A stretch of DNA of 19,939 bases from Fibrobacteria bacterium. GTDB taxonomy: Bacteria > Fibrobacterota > Fibrobacteria > UBA11236. Every line of letters starts with the position of its first letter. The stretch's first letter is position 1. The position numbers and the translations under genes are program-made. This document shows positions 1 through 8,771 of the stretch, piece by piece. The notes below the pieces were generated by a model. The model saw only the letters and a program-made list of their open reading frames with translations. It was not told where the DNA came from and made no database searches. The DNA lies in NCBI GenBank assembly GCA_050486505.1, contig JBJHDK010000044.1:1-19939 (forward strand), given 5' to 3'.

Positions 1-305
1 TAGTCCGCGGCCCACATGTCGATCTCGTAGGCGAGGGCCGTGTTGCCGTCCGCGGTCGAGAAGCGCAGGTCGGCCCCGCCCGCGAGGGCTTCGGCCAGCA
101 CGTCCGCGCCCGAGGCCGCGTCCGCGTTACTCAGGCGGACCAGCACGGGGAAGTCGGTCACCGTGCCGGCGACGTCGGCGCCACCGCCACTGTTCGTCGT
201 GTTGATGGTGATATCACGATACTTGCTCCATGCGTCGTACGGGCCCGCGAATGCCGCGGCCGCGAACATCATCATGGAAACCAGAAGGACGGCGAATTTT
301 TTCAT
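1..305 (-). CDS. Secreted DUF2341-domain protein, 5' part only (runs off the window edge); paralogue of 4873..7287
   Basis: Absent from the ORF track and translated by hand: MKKFAVLLVSMMMFAAAAFAGPYDAWSKYRDITINTTNSGGGADVAGTVTDFPVLVRLS...ADLRFSTADGNTALAYEIDMW. Sec signal peptide ending AFA, AAGGA RBS upstream, DUF2341-type FPVLVRL/DLRF/YEI-W motifs. Confidence 0.85.
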   Translation of the reverse strand, partial: MKKFAVLLVSMMMFAAAAFAGPYDAWSKYRDITINTTNSGGGADVAGTVTDFPVLVRLSNADAASGADVLAEALAGGADLRFSTADGNTALAYEIDMWAAD

Positions 306-488
306 GGTCGGTTCCTTGTTCAAAAAAAGACTCCTGTCACACTCAAGTCATTCTTGTGAAATGTTTTCCGTGCCTCTCAGTCACGAAAAATTGCGCGGAC
401 AAGTTCGGTTAATCTATCCCTTGATTTCCTGCCATGTTGCGGTTTTTTGAGATTCTGTTACGCAACGTTGGAGTCATTCCAGTTCGGC

Positions 489-507
489 TTGTTGAAAGTT
501 TCAACAA
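489..507. promoter_or_regulatory. Perfect palindrome, candidate transcription-factor operator
   Basis: TTGTTGAAA-G-TTTCAACAA (9-bp arms, 1-nt centre) in the AT-rich region upstream of the DUF2341 gene. Confidence 0.5.
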
Positions 508-689
508 CTTTCCCTTTCGCGAACTACGTTTTTCCACGAATTTTCACTCATGATCGCGCACAAATCACGTTTTACGGCACTTCGAGCAAGTCATGATTTA
601 AGGAATTTCAGACAACAAAAAATTGCCCGAAATGAAAAAAAAGCGCGATAAAAAAACCGCGCCCATCTCTGACAGAGTGTCAAACCTCG

Positions 690-704
690 CCCCGCAGCGC
701 GGGG
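690..704 (-). terminator. Short GC hairpin just after the rph stop, possible terminator
   Basis: CCCCGC-AGC-GCGGGG, 6 nt from the rph stop; only a weak T tract follows. Confidence 0.3.
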
Positions 705-710
705 GACGCT

Positions 711-1451
711 TCAAGGCAACGAAGCCCCCAGCAACCCGCGTTGCAGCGCATGCAACTCCGCGCACCCCTTCTGCGCGAGCGCCAGCAGGGAATCGAGCTG
801 GGCGCGCGAAAAGACCGCCTCCTCCCCCGTCCCCTGGATCTCGACGAAGTCTCCCCCCTCCGTCATCACCACGTTCATGTCGACCTCGGCCTCGCTGTCT
901 TCCGTGTAGCACAGGTCGAGCAGCGGCGCCCCGTCCACGATGCCCACGCTCACCGCCGACACCAGGCTCTTCAGCACGCGCCCTTCGGGAAAGGTGTGCG
1001 GCAGCGCGGCCTTCATCTTCTGCAGCGCGCGTGCCAGCGCCAGGTAGCCGCCCACGATCGACGCCGTGCGCGTGCCGCCGTCGGCCTCGATCACATCGCA
1101 ATCGATCACGAGACTGCGCTCGCCCAGCGCCTTCAGGTCGCACACGCCGCGCAGCGCGCGCCCGATCAGGCGCTGGATCTCCTGCGTGCGGCCCGATGCG
1201 CCGTTGCGCTCGCGGCGCACGCGCGAGTTCGTGCTGCGCGGCAGCAGTCCGTACTCGGCCGTCACCCAACCCTGCCCCTTGCCCTTCAGCCAGCGCGGCA
1301 ACTCCTCCTCGAGGCTCGCGCAGCACAGGATACGCGTGCGCCCCACCTCGACGAAGAACGAGGCCTCGGCGGAATTCACGAAATCCTCGGTGATCTTGAT
1401 GGAGCGGAGCTGGTCGGCGGCGCGGCCGTCGGGACGGGTGACGTTGGACAT
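711..1451 (-). CDS. rph: Ribonuclease PH
   Basis: RPDGRAADQLR, GWVTAEYGLLPRST, SGRTQEIQRLIGRALR, DCDVIEADGGTRTASI, LDLCYTEDSEAEVDMNVVMT, VEIQGTGE motifs; AAGGA RBS. Confidence 0.98.
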   Translation of the reverse strand: MSNVTRPDGRAADQLRSIKITEDFVNSAEASFFVEVGRTRILCCASLEEELPRWLKGKGQGWVTAEYGLLPRSTNSRVRRERNGASGRTQEIQRLIGRALRGVCDLKALGERSLVIDCDVIEADGGTRTASIVGGYLALARALQKMKAALPHTFPEGRVLKSLVSAVSVGIVDGAPLLDLCYTEDSEAEVDMNVVMTEGGDFVEIQGTGEEAVFSRAQLDSLLALAQKGCAELHALQRGLLGASLP

Positions 1452-1512
1452 GATGGGGGGGATCCTTCGATGTGAATGCGGTGGAGGGGGAAAGGTAGAT
1501 GCCCCCTCCTGC

Positions 1513-1547
1513 TCACCCCACCCCTCTCTCGGGCAAGGGGGGGGTGA
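1513..1547. repeat. C/G-rich intergenic hairpin (REP-like or terminator-like)
   Basis: TCACCCC-A-CCCCT...AGGGG-GGGGTGA between the ThuA-like gene stop and the putative rph promoter. Confidence 0.45.
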
Positions 1548-1553
1548 CGCGAG

Positions 1554-2600
1554 TCACCTCCCGCTGCGGTGAACGCCGCGGAACACCGGACCCTCGCCCG
1601 TCAGCACCTGCACGGAGTAGGTCCCCGGCGACAGGCCCGTCAGGTCGTGCACGGCCTCGGCGTTTCCCGGCGAACGGCGACGCATCACCTCGCGCCCCGC
1701 GAGATCGTGCACGCACAGCGAGTGCGGGGTGTTCGCCGGAACATGAAGCACACCGCCGTGCATGCGGATCAGCGATTCGACCGCGGCGCGCCCCCTGAGA
1801 CCCGAGGGATTCCCAACCTCGGCCCCCCATTTGAGGGCCTGCGCCACCTGAACCTTGAACTCGGGCCGCGCCCAGGTCTGATGGTCGTGCCCGCTGGCGT
1901 TGTAATACACCCAGCCTTCCCCTTGCGGACGCACCCAGATCCAGGGCACGCTCTGCGTGGAGGGACTTGTGTAGTTCGAATACGCCAGCATGATGGTGTC
2001 GCTCGCGAACTGGTTGTGGCGGCGGCCCTCGTCCCAGAACGGTTGGCCGCCCGAGCTCGCCGCCGACGGCGGAAGAACGGTCGTACCCTCCAGGGAAGGG
2101 TGTTCGGGCTTCGTGAACTGCACCGTGCCGCCGTTGCCCATGCCACCCGCCGGGCCGTGATCCACGAATTGACCGCCCATCAAGCCCCGCCATGCCGCGG
2201 CCACGGTTGCGTTATTGTTGATGTAGGTGTTCGTGGATCCGTGCAGCGCCACGATGACCTTGCCGCCTTCGACCCAGTTCTTGAGGATGTCGAATCGCGC
2301 CTGCCCGAGATCGTTGGCGTTCTGGTTGGTGGTGTACACCAGCATCACGTCGTATTGCGCGAGGCTGTCGGGGTGCAGCCACACGGGAACCGCGGCATTG
2401 CGATAGTGCAGCTGGATGCCGTGATTGAACAGCAGGTAGTTCTGCAACGTATCGTTCAGGTCATTGGGGCGGTGAGCGGTGTTGGCCCCTCCCCAGAACA
2501 GCGCGTTGATCAGGCCCTGCGACCGCACCTCGGCGGGCATCCACAGGGAAACGGCAAGCACTGCCGCCGCCGTGACTTTCACATGCTTCCAAAGATTCAT
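1554..2600 (-). CDS. Secreted ThuA-like domain protein with C-terminal T9SS-like sorting domain
   Basis: Signal peptide; LAQYDVMLVY, WVEGGKVIVALHGS, LMGGQFVDHG, WDE, PWIWVRPQGEGWVYYNASGHDHQTW (ThuA-like); C-terminal VHDLAGREV...DLTGLSPGTYSVQV. Confidence 0.85.
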   Translation of the reverse strand: MNLWKHVKVTAAAVLAVSLWMPAEVRSQGLINALFWGGANTAHRPNDLNDTLQNYLLFNHGIQLHYRNAAVPVWLHPDSLAQYDVMLVYTTNQNANDLGQARFDILKNWVEGGKVIVALHGSTNTYINNNATVAAAWRGLMGGQFVDHGPAGGMGNGGTVQFTKPEHPSLEGTTVLPPSAASSGGQPFWDEGRRHNQFASDTIMLAYSNYTSPSTQSVPWIWVRPQGEGWVYYNASGHDHQTWARPEFKVQVAQALKWGAEVGNPSGLRGRAAVESLIRMHGGVLHVPANTPHSLCVHDLAGREVMRRRSPGNAEAVHDLTGLSPGTYSVQVLTGEGPVFRGVHRSGR

Positions 2601-2643
2601 CCCGAGCTCCTTTTCGTTTCACGACGCGCTTGAACGCATCCTG

Positions 2644-4812
2644 CTAGTGTAGCACCGTGAACCGCCCGGTCGAGGCGGTGCGACCCTGCGCGTCTCCGTG
2701 CAAGTCGACACGGTAGAGATAGGTGCCGCCCTGCGGCGGATTCCATGTTTGCTGCGGCATGCCCTCGGCCACGGGAACGCGCGCCACCAGTTCCCCGCGG
2801 AGATTCCAGACCGAAATCGCGCCGCGGTCGAAGGGGGTCAACCCGTTCACGGCGAGACTGCCCTCGCGATACTGCACCGAGACCCGGCGCGGCAGGGTCG
2901 CCCCCGAGGCCGCCCCCCGAATGGAAACACCTTCGTAAAGGGGAGGAACCGACGGCATCGAGGCGGACTGCGTCAGGCCGCCCACGGCGTTGAAGCGGTT
3001 CTGCGAATGCGCGTCGCGGGTGACGTAGGGCGTGTACATCGCGCCGCTTTTGGTTCCCGGCAGGGTGGACAACCTGTGGAGCGCGCGAACGCGGACATGC
3101 GCGTCGGGATCGTTGATGCGCCCCTTGCCCAGAATGGCGGCCGTCGCCGAGGCGTGGTTGGGCAAGGCCTCGAGGGTGTTCCAGCGCACGCCGGGCGAGG
3201 GGTGCAGCAGGAGGTCCTCGATCATGCCCGTCCAGATTTCGGGCACGCTCGCGAAAGTCCCGAAGCCGTGCAGCGTCCACAGCGCATGAATCACGTGGGG
3301 CGACTCGCCCTTGCTGTTGACGTTTTTCGACGAGAGCATTTCGGTCAGCTTGTCGACGACATCGTTGTTCGGTCCGCGCGCCAGAAGGAGGCGTTGCGCC
3401 TGCAGGCGCCAGTGCAGGTTGGGATGGTGCAGCGCGGACAGCAACTGGTTCTCCGTGGCCTGCGACAGATCGAGCACCGGATCGAGGGGGCGTCCGTCGT
3501 AAACCACGCGGTAGATGCGGCTGTGCTGGTTATCGCGGATGGGGGACACCTGCGCATTGCCCGCCTGGGGGGAATACCAGTTGTGGCTGAGCAGGTAGTT
3601 GTACCAGTCCACCACCCACACCGCGCCGTCGGGGCCCACCAGCGCCTGGATGGGCGCGGACCATGGGTCGGTGCTGGCGAAGATGTTGTAGCCGAGCGCC
3701 TGGCTCTCGGAGCCGACCCAGGTGCTGCCGACGGTGTCGAGGAACATCGTGTGGCAGAGGTGGCGGGGCGATTCGCAGATGAAGGCCGCGCGGTCCCAGT
3801 AGTGCTCCGGGAAGTGCCGTGCCGTGTAGATGTTGTGGTTCGATGCCGAGGAATACCCCGGGTTGTTGATGTGCCAGTGGTCGGTGACCGGGTGCGGTTC
3901 GGCATAGATCTGGCCCTGCACAGAATAGTTCGGGATGCGGGGAATGGCCGCGTTGTTGCCCGAGGGGTAAACGAGGTGGCGGGAGTGATCCCGGTTGGCG
4001 CGGCCGTAGAACAGTTGCCCCGTCTCGGTCATGCCCATGCCCCAGGTGTTCTCGGCGGACGTGGGCGTGAGCATCTCGATGGCCGATCCGTCGGGCCGCG
4101 CGCGCCAGATGCCGCCGCGGATGGCGACGCCGTTGACGGTCGAGTTGTTGTAGCCCATGATGCCGTACACCCAGTTGTCGAGGCCGTAAGTCAGGTTCGA
4201 AAGGCTGCCGTGGGTGTCGTTGCGGTTGAAACCCTGGTAGAGGATATCGCCGCCGGGATTGTCGGCGACGTCGTCGCCGTTCTCGTCCTTGAACAACAGG
4301 ATGCGCGGCGCTGCCGAAACCACGAGGCCCTGCGGCGTGTGCACGAGGCCGGTGACCAGGTTGAGGCTGTCCGCGAACACCTTCAGGGTATCGGCCATGC
4401 CGTCGCCGTTGCGGTCCTCGAGAATGATGATGCGGTCCTGGCCCCGAAACTGCGGGTTCAGGTTGTGCGGGTAATCGAAGGACTCGGCCACCCACACGCG
4501 GCCGCGCTCGTCGAAGGCGATGGCGATTGGCGCCCGCACGCCCCCCTGCGCGGGGTTCTCGCTGGCCCAAAGCTTCGCGCTGAACCCCTGCGGCGTCTGC
4601 ACGCAGAGCTCCGAGAGGGTCGCCTGCATCTTGTCGGGAAGCATGGGGAACTTGTTGTAGTAGGCCGCGGGCCAGTTCGGATCGACCGACCGCGCGTCTT
4701 GCGACGCGGTGATGGGCGGACAGCCCTGTGCATGGACGGCGGAGAATCCCCCCGCGGTGATCGCGACCGCGGCGAGCACCCCCGCCTTCATGATCTTGTG
4801 TTGCCTGTTCAT
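2644..4812 (-). CDS. Secreted PVC-type 'membrane-bound dehydrogenase'-like beta-propeller with HEAT-like repeats and C-terminal sorting domain; no CxxCH
   Basis: PQGFSAKLWASE, PIAIAFDERGRVWVAESFDYP, DRIIILEDRNGDGMAD, DTHGSLSNLTYGLDNWVYG, GPDGAVWVVDWYN, RIYRV; HEAT-like LHHPNLHWRLQAQRLL, HALWTLHG, HPSPGVRWN; C-terminal VWNLRGELV...GTYLYRV. Confidence 0.85.
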   Translation of the reverse strand: MNRQHKIMKAGVLAAVAITAGGFSAVHAQGCPPITASQDARSVDPNWPAAYYNKFPMLPDKMQATLSELCVQTPQGFSAKLWASENPAQGGVRAPIAIAFDERGRVWVAESFDYPHNLNPQFRGQDRIIILEDRNGDGMADTLKVFADSLNLVTGLVHTPQGLVVSAAPRILLFKDENGDDVADNPGGDILYQGFNRNDTHGSLSNLTYGLDNWVYGIMGYNNSTVNGVAIRGGIWRARPDGSAIEMLTPTSAENTWGMGMTETGQLFYGRANRDHSRHLVYPSGNNAAIPRIPNYSVQGQIYAEPHPVTDHWHINNPGYSSASNHNIYTARHFPEHYWDRAAFICESPRHLCHTMFLDTVGSTWVGSESQALGYNIFASTDPWSAPIQALVGPDGAVWVVDWYNYLLSHNWYSPQAGNAQVSPIRDNQHSRIYRVVYDGRPLDPVLDLSQATENQLLSALHHPNLHWRLQAQRLLLARGPNNDVVDKLTEMLSSKNVNSKGESPHVIHALWTLHGFGTFASVPEIWTGMIEDLLLHPSPGVRWNTLEALPNHASATAAILGKGRINDPDAHVRVRALHRLSTLPGTKSGAMYTPYVTRDAHSQNRFNAVGGLTQSASMPSVPPLYEGVSIRGAASGATLPRRVSVQYREGSLAVNGLTPFDRGAISVWNLRGELVARVPVAEGMPQQTWNPPQGGTYLYRVDLHGDAQGRTASTGRFTVLH

Positions 4813-4872
4813 CGGTACTCCGGTGTTGTGTCAGTTCCTGTAGTTCCCGTTGCCTTGACGCGGCCCGTCTTC

Positions 4873-7287
4873 TCAGCGCCGCAGCTCCGCCCTGCGCACG
4901 AAATCCGTGGCGGCGCCCCCGGAATGCGTGGTGACGCGGACGAGATAAATCCCCGCCGCGACTTCGCGACCCGATGTCGTCCGGCCGCTCCAGACGATCT
5001 CCCGGATTTCATCGCGCGCGGGATGCGCGGTCTTCGACCACACGGCGCGGCCCCAGATGTCGTGAATCGTCAATGTGAAGGCCTCGGTGCTTGCGAGCGC
5101 GGCATCGGTCAGCGTGAACGCGAAGGGCGTCGCCCCCGACGTCCTGATGGTGAAGGAGCCGGGGAGTAGCGCCGTCGGGGTGAAGGGCTCCGTGGCGACC
5201 GAAGTATCCCCCATCCCGAGCTGGTTGGCTGCGGCGACACGGAAGGTGTACGCGGTTCCGTAGGCCAATCCCGAAACGTTGCAACTCGAGCCCGTGGCAC
5301 CGGCGGCGAAGCAGTTTCCGGACGGGCTGCCGAATGCGAACGTCCCCGTGATGGGCATTCCCCCGTCATCGGCAGGCGCCGTCCACGAAATCGTGGCCGT
5401 TGCGGTCGCGCCCGCGCCAGAAAGGAGCGAGACGGACACATTCGTGGGTGCGCCGGGGGGGCCCGCAGGCGTCACCGCGGTGGAGGGGGCCGAGGGCGCG
5501 CTGTTCCCGATCGTGTTGGTCGCGACCACGGTGAACGTGTACGCCGTGCCGTTCGCCAGCCCGGTCACCGTGCAGCTCAACGGCCCGTTGGTCCACGCGC
5601 AGGTCTTCGAAGTATCCTGGACCGCGCGCACGGTGTACCCCGAGATGGCGGTGGTGCCGCTTGAGGCAGGCGCCGACCAGGTCACCGTCGCGGCCCCGGA
5701 AGCAGCCGTTGCGCTGACCCCCGTCGGTGCGCCGGGGGGATCGCCCGCCGTCACGGCGATGGTCAGGGTATCGGTTCCCGATGCGCCCGAAAAGTTGGCG
5801 GTGACGATGTACTGCTGCACGGCGGTCGCGGCGGTCGGCGTGCCCGAGATGATGCCCGTCGAAGTGCTGAACGCCAGCCCCGCAGGAAGCCCCGTCGGCG
5901 CGATGGTGAAGCCGGTAGGCGCGCCGAGGCTCGCGTCGAGCACGGGGGCGTTCGCCTCGATCGCCTGGTTGATCAGGTAGCTCGCGTGCTTCAGCCGGTA
6001 GAAAACCGGGCGCGGCGTCACGTCCACGGTCGCGCCCAGGGTCACTGCCGTCTGCCCGGGACGCTGCGTCGCGTACTCCAGGTTCGTCCATTGCGCGGAG
6101 CGCGCCACGTTCTGGATGCGCACCTCGTCGATCATGCCGTTGAGAAAGTGCGTCCCGTTGCTCTTCGCGCCGCCGGGCCCGCTGTTGCTGGCGAAGCCGC
6201 CGATGAACACGTCGACGTCGCGATGCACGCCGTTCTCGTCGTTGATCGACCGGAAGGTCGAGCCCTCGGCATTGTACAGGCGGAACAGGTTCCCGTTCGT
6301 CGTCGCACCCATCGCCGCGAAGCTGACGTAGTTCCAGTTGTTCAGGACTCCCGCGACGGGGCCGGTGCCATCCACGATACTGTAGGGAGTGGTGGGGTAA
6401 TTGGCCTCCGCATGCCGCTGGAAGTGCAACACGCGTGCCGCGATGTTGGGGCGCAGGAACCACTGCGTCAGGGGATCGTTGTTGTCGATCTGGTTCGCGC
6501 CGTGGTCGGCCTTGGTGATGATGCCGCGGCGATACGTGAACCCGCCGGGGTACGCATCGAAGTTCACCCAGACGGAGATCGTGAACTCGGCATCGTTGCC
6601 GACATAGTCGAAGGAGTTGAAGGTGTTTCCCCCGGTCGCCGTCTCGAGGCGGTAGGCGCCGCCCGTCTGTGCGCCGGCGGCGGTGGTGGCGATGTTGCCG
6701 CCGAAAGCCTTGGCGCGACCGATGGGCCCCGCCGTGTCTGACGGCGCCGTGCTCCCGGCCGTCGTTCCGACCACGGGGATGCCCATGTAGCCGTTCGCGG
6801 TGACATCGCGGATCGTGTCGCCGCTCGCCTCGTTCATGTGGAACACGGCCTCATAGCCATTCTGCGTGCTGAACACCGCCGCGCCGTTCGACTCGCTCGC
6901 GGCTCCCGGTTTGCCCCAGTACATGCGGATCGCGGTGTTGGCGTTGCCGGTCACCGAGGGAACGAGCACCCAGATTTCCGCGGCGCTCGCGGACCACCGC
7001 TCGATCTCGTAGGGAATGGCGACCTGGCCGTCGCCCGTGGTGAAGCGCACATCGGTGCCGCCCGCGAGCGCCTCGGACAGCACGTTCGCGCCCGAGGCCG
7101 CGCTCGCATCCGAAAGCCGCACCAACAAGGGGAAGTTCGCCTGCGCGGTGCCCACATTCGCGCCTCCGCCCGAGTTGGTGGTGTTGACGGTCACCGTCCG
7201 ATACTTGCCCCAGTCGTCGTACGGACCGGCGACCAACAGCGCCGTGGCCGAAAGAATCAACAACGCAACCTTGGTTCCGGTCTGCAT
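4873..7287 (-). CDS. Secreted DUF2341 / LamG-like / Ig (He_PIG) / 2x fibronectin III / FlgD-Ig-like protein
   Basis: Start placed at ATG 7287 (MQTGTK, signal peptide). FPLLVRL..DVRFT..YEIERW..AEIWV..MYWG; FTISVWV...GMIDEVRI (LamG); GLPAGLAFSTSTGIISGTPT; two PGAPT..VTW.AP..GL..GTAYTF.V.A.N repeats; C-terminal WSGRTTSGREVAAGIYLVRV. Confidence 0.85.
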   Translation of the reverse strand: MQTGTKVALLILSATALLVAGPYDDWGKYRTVTVNTTNSGGGANVGTAQANFPLLVRLSDASAASGANVLSEALAGGTDVRFTTGDGQVAIPYEIERWSASAAEIWVLVPSVTGNANTAIRMYWGKPGAASESNGAAVFSTQNGYEAVFHMNEASGDTIRDVTANGYMGIPVVGTTAGSTAPSDTAGPIGRAKAFGGNIATTAAGAQTGGAYRLETATGGNTFNSFDYVGNDAEFTISVWVNFDAYPGGFTYRRGIITKADHGANQIDNNDPLTQWFLRPNIAARVLHFQRHAEANYPTTPYSIVDGTGPVAGVLNNWNYVSFAAMGATTNGNLFRLYNAEGSTFRSINDENGVHRDVDVFIGGFASNSGPGGAKSNGTHFLNGMIDEVRIQNVARSAQWTNLEYATQRPGQTAVTLGATVDVTPRPVFYRLKHASYLINQAIEANAPVLDASLGAPTGFTIAPTGLPAGLAFSTSTGIISGTPTAATAVQQYIVTANFSGASGTDTLTIAVTAGDPPGAPTGVSATAASGAATVTWSAPASSGTTAISGYTVRAVQDTSKTCAWTNGPLSCTVTGLANGTAYTFTVVATNTIGNSAPSAPSTAVTPAGPPGAPTNVSVSLLSGAGATATATISWTAPADDGGMPITGTFAFGSPSGNCFAAGATGSSCNVSGLAYGTAYTFRVAAANQLGMGDTSVATEPFTPTALLPGSFTIRTSGATPFAFTLTDAALASTEAFTLTIHDIWGRAVWSKTAHPARDEIREIVWSGRTTSGREVAAGIYLVRVTTHSGGAATDFVRRAELRR

Positions 7288-7371
7288 GACGCCCCCCACA
7301 AAACGATTCTCCCCAATCTAGGGCGCACGTCACACGCAATGTTGCGGAATTTGGCTTGTCATGGAATGCTG

Positions 7372-7429
7372 AAGAAAAATTGACGCCTCCCGTCGAGAAA
7401 GCCCGCGACGGCGTGCCTCCCCGGCGTCA
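7372..7429 (-). terminator. Possible intrinsic terminator after pheA
   Basis: Minus strand TGACGCC...CCGTCG..CGACGG...GGCGTCA nested stem followed by ATTTTTCTT. Confidence 0.35.
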
Positions 7430-8284
7430 GCGACGCGGAGTCGGCAGTTCCGCGCGCGGGTAGCTGCCGATCACCCGCAAATTGCGCGTCAACGGAGCGA
7501 GGGCTTCCAGCGCGTTTTTGACGGGGGCATCCTGCGCGGCCCCGGCAATGTCGAGGAAAAACCTGTAATCGAACGGTTTCTCGGGGTCGGGCCTCGATTC
7601 GATCTTCGTGAGGTCGATGCCGCGCCCGGCGAACACTCCCGTGACCGCGTGCAACACGCCGGGCTTGTTGCGCGCGGGCACGAAGGTGAGGCTCGTCTTG
7701 AATGCCGTGTCCTTGCGCGCCTCCGGCCCCACCGCCCGCGCGCCGGGCCGCGCGATCGACAGAAAGCGCGTGAAGTTGAGGGCGCGGTTCTGCAGGTTGC
7801 GACGCAACGCCTTCAGGCCGTAGAGCTTCCCCGCATACTCGCTCGCGATCGCGGCCACACCCTCGGGAATTTCCCGTGCGACGTCGCGTGCGGCACCTGC
7901 GGTGTCGAACCACACCACCGGGCGGACGTGGGGATGCTCCGCAAAGAACGTACTGCACTGCGCGAGCGCTTGGGGATGGGAGCGCACTTCGCGAACTTCG
8001 GCGAACTTCGTGCCCGCGGGCGCGAGCAGGGCGTGTTGCACGCGCCCGTAGATCTCGGCCGTGATCTTGAGCGGATGCAACAGGAACAGATCGTAGTTCT
8101 GGTGGATGCTGCCGGCTAGGGAATTTTCCACCGGAACGACGCCGCGGTCCGCGCGTTTTTTCTCCACGGCCTCGAACACCGCATCGAAAGTCTCATGCGG
8201 CAGCAGGACGACATCGGGACCGAACAACGCCCGCGCGGCCAGTTCACTGTACGCGCCGGGAACCCCTTGGTATGCGATTTTCAT
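7427..8284 (-). CDS. pheA: Prephenate dehydratase (PDT + ACT, no chorismate mutase domain)
   Basis: MKIAYQGVPGAYSELA, GVVPVENSLAGSI, SHPQALAQC, NFTRFL, KTSL, IDLTKIESRP; start moved to ATG 8284. Confidence 0.95.
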   Translation of the reverse strand: MKIAYQGVPGAYSELAARALFGPDVVLLPHETFDAVFEAVEKKRADRGVVPVENSLAGSIHQNYDLFLLHPLKITAEIYGRVQHALLAPAGTKFAEVREVRSHPQALAQCSTFFAEHPHVRPVVWFDTAGAARDVAREIPEGVAAIASEYAGKLYGLKALRRNLQNRALNFTRFLSIARPGARAVGPEARKDTAFKTSLTFVPARNKPGVLHAVTGVFAGRGIDLTKIESRPDPEKPFDYRFFLDIAGAAQDAPVKNALEALAPLTRNLRVIGSYPRAELPTPRR

Positions 8285-8295
8285 GGGAGGAAAGA

Positions 8296-8326
8296 TAGCT
8301 GACAGCGGTGAGCAGGCAGCGAACAG
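8296..8326 (+). repeat. Left arm of inverted repeat built from 7-bp units
   Basis: TAGCTGACAGCGGTGAGCAGGCAGCGAACAG; 28/31 match to the reverse complement of 8772-8802. Confidence 0.9.
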
Positions 8327-8375
8327 CCTAACATGTTGGCCCGATTTCTGCTCATGATTCCGGGAGGAGGTCACC

Positions 8376-8735
8376 ATGAAGTCCTATCGAGACATCAAGG
8401 CGTGGGAGAAGGCGCACGCGACATGTTTACGGATATACCGCCTGACACACGATTTTCCAAGCATTGAGCGATTTCGACTTGTGGATCAGATGTGCCGTTC
8501 GGCCGCCTCCATCCCTTCGAACATTGCGGAAGGTTGTGGAAGAAACAGTGATCCGGATCTTGCACGTTTTTTCGAGATTGCAAAAGGGTCGGCCAGTGAG
8601 TTGGACTATCAGCTACTTCTTTCAAAGGATCTCGGATATCTCGACTTGAAAGACTATCACGACGTCAAACAACTCCTCGACGAAGTTCAAAAGATGCTCG
8701 CCGCCTTCATTAAACGATTACGAAGTACGAAGTGA
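8376..8735 (+). CDS. Four helix bundle protein (23S rRNA IVP / TIGR02436-like family)
   Basis: YRDIKAWEKAH, IYRLTHDFPSIERFRLVDQMCRSAASIPSNIAEGCGR, FFEIAKGSASELDYQLLLSKDLGYL; GGAGG RBS. Confidence 0.95.
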   Translation: MKSYRDIKAWEKAHATCLRIYRLTHDFPSIERFRLVDQMCRSAASIPSNIAEGCGRNSDPDLARFFEIAKGSASELDYQLLLSKDLGYLDLKDYHDVKQLLDEVQKMLAAFIKRLRSTK

Positions 8736-8737
8736 AG

Positions 8738-8765
8738 TGAGAGTGATGAGCTGGGAGCCGTGAGA
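8738..8765 (+). repeat. Degenerate 7-bp-period array just after the four-helix-bundle stop
   Basis: TGAGAGT GATGAGC TGGGAGC CGTGAGA; GAG recurs at 8741, 8748, 8755 and 8762. Confidence 0.65.
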
Positions 8766-8771
8766 GTTTTT

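Noticed and set aside
337..359. CRP-like site
   Set aside because: The half-sites are TCACA-N13-TGTGA, the wrong order and spacing for TGTGA-N6-TCACA.
3750..3780. Haem-binding motif in the dehydrogenase-like protein
   Set aside because: The sequence is CESPRHLCH (CX6CH), not CxxCH, and lies within the propeller region.
2698..5169. 823-aa plus-strand ORF and other long antisense or alternate-frame ORFs (9330-10790, 14575-16497, 17708-19561)
   Set aside because: Shadows of well-supported genes in high-GC DNA; no recognisable motifs.
8376..8735. Diversity-generating retroelement or 23S rRNA intervening sequence
   Set aside because: No reverse transcriptase, no template/variable repeat pair and no rRNA sequence seen in the window.
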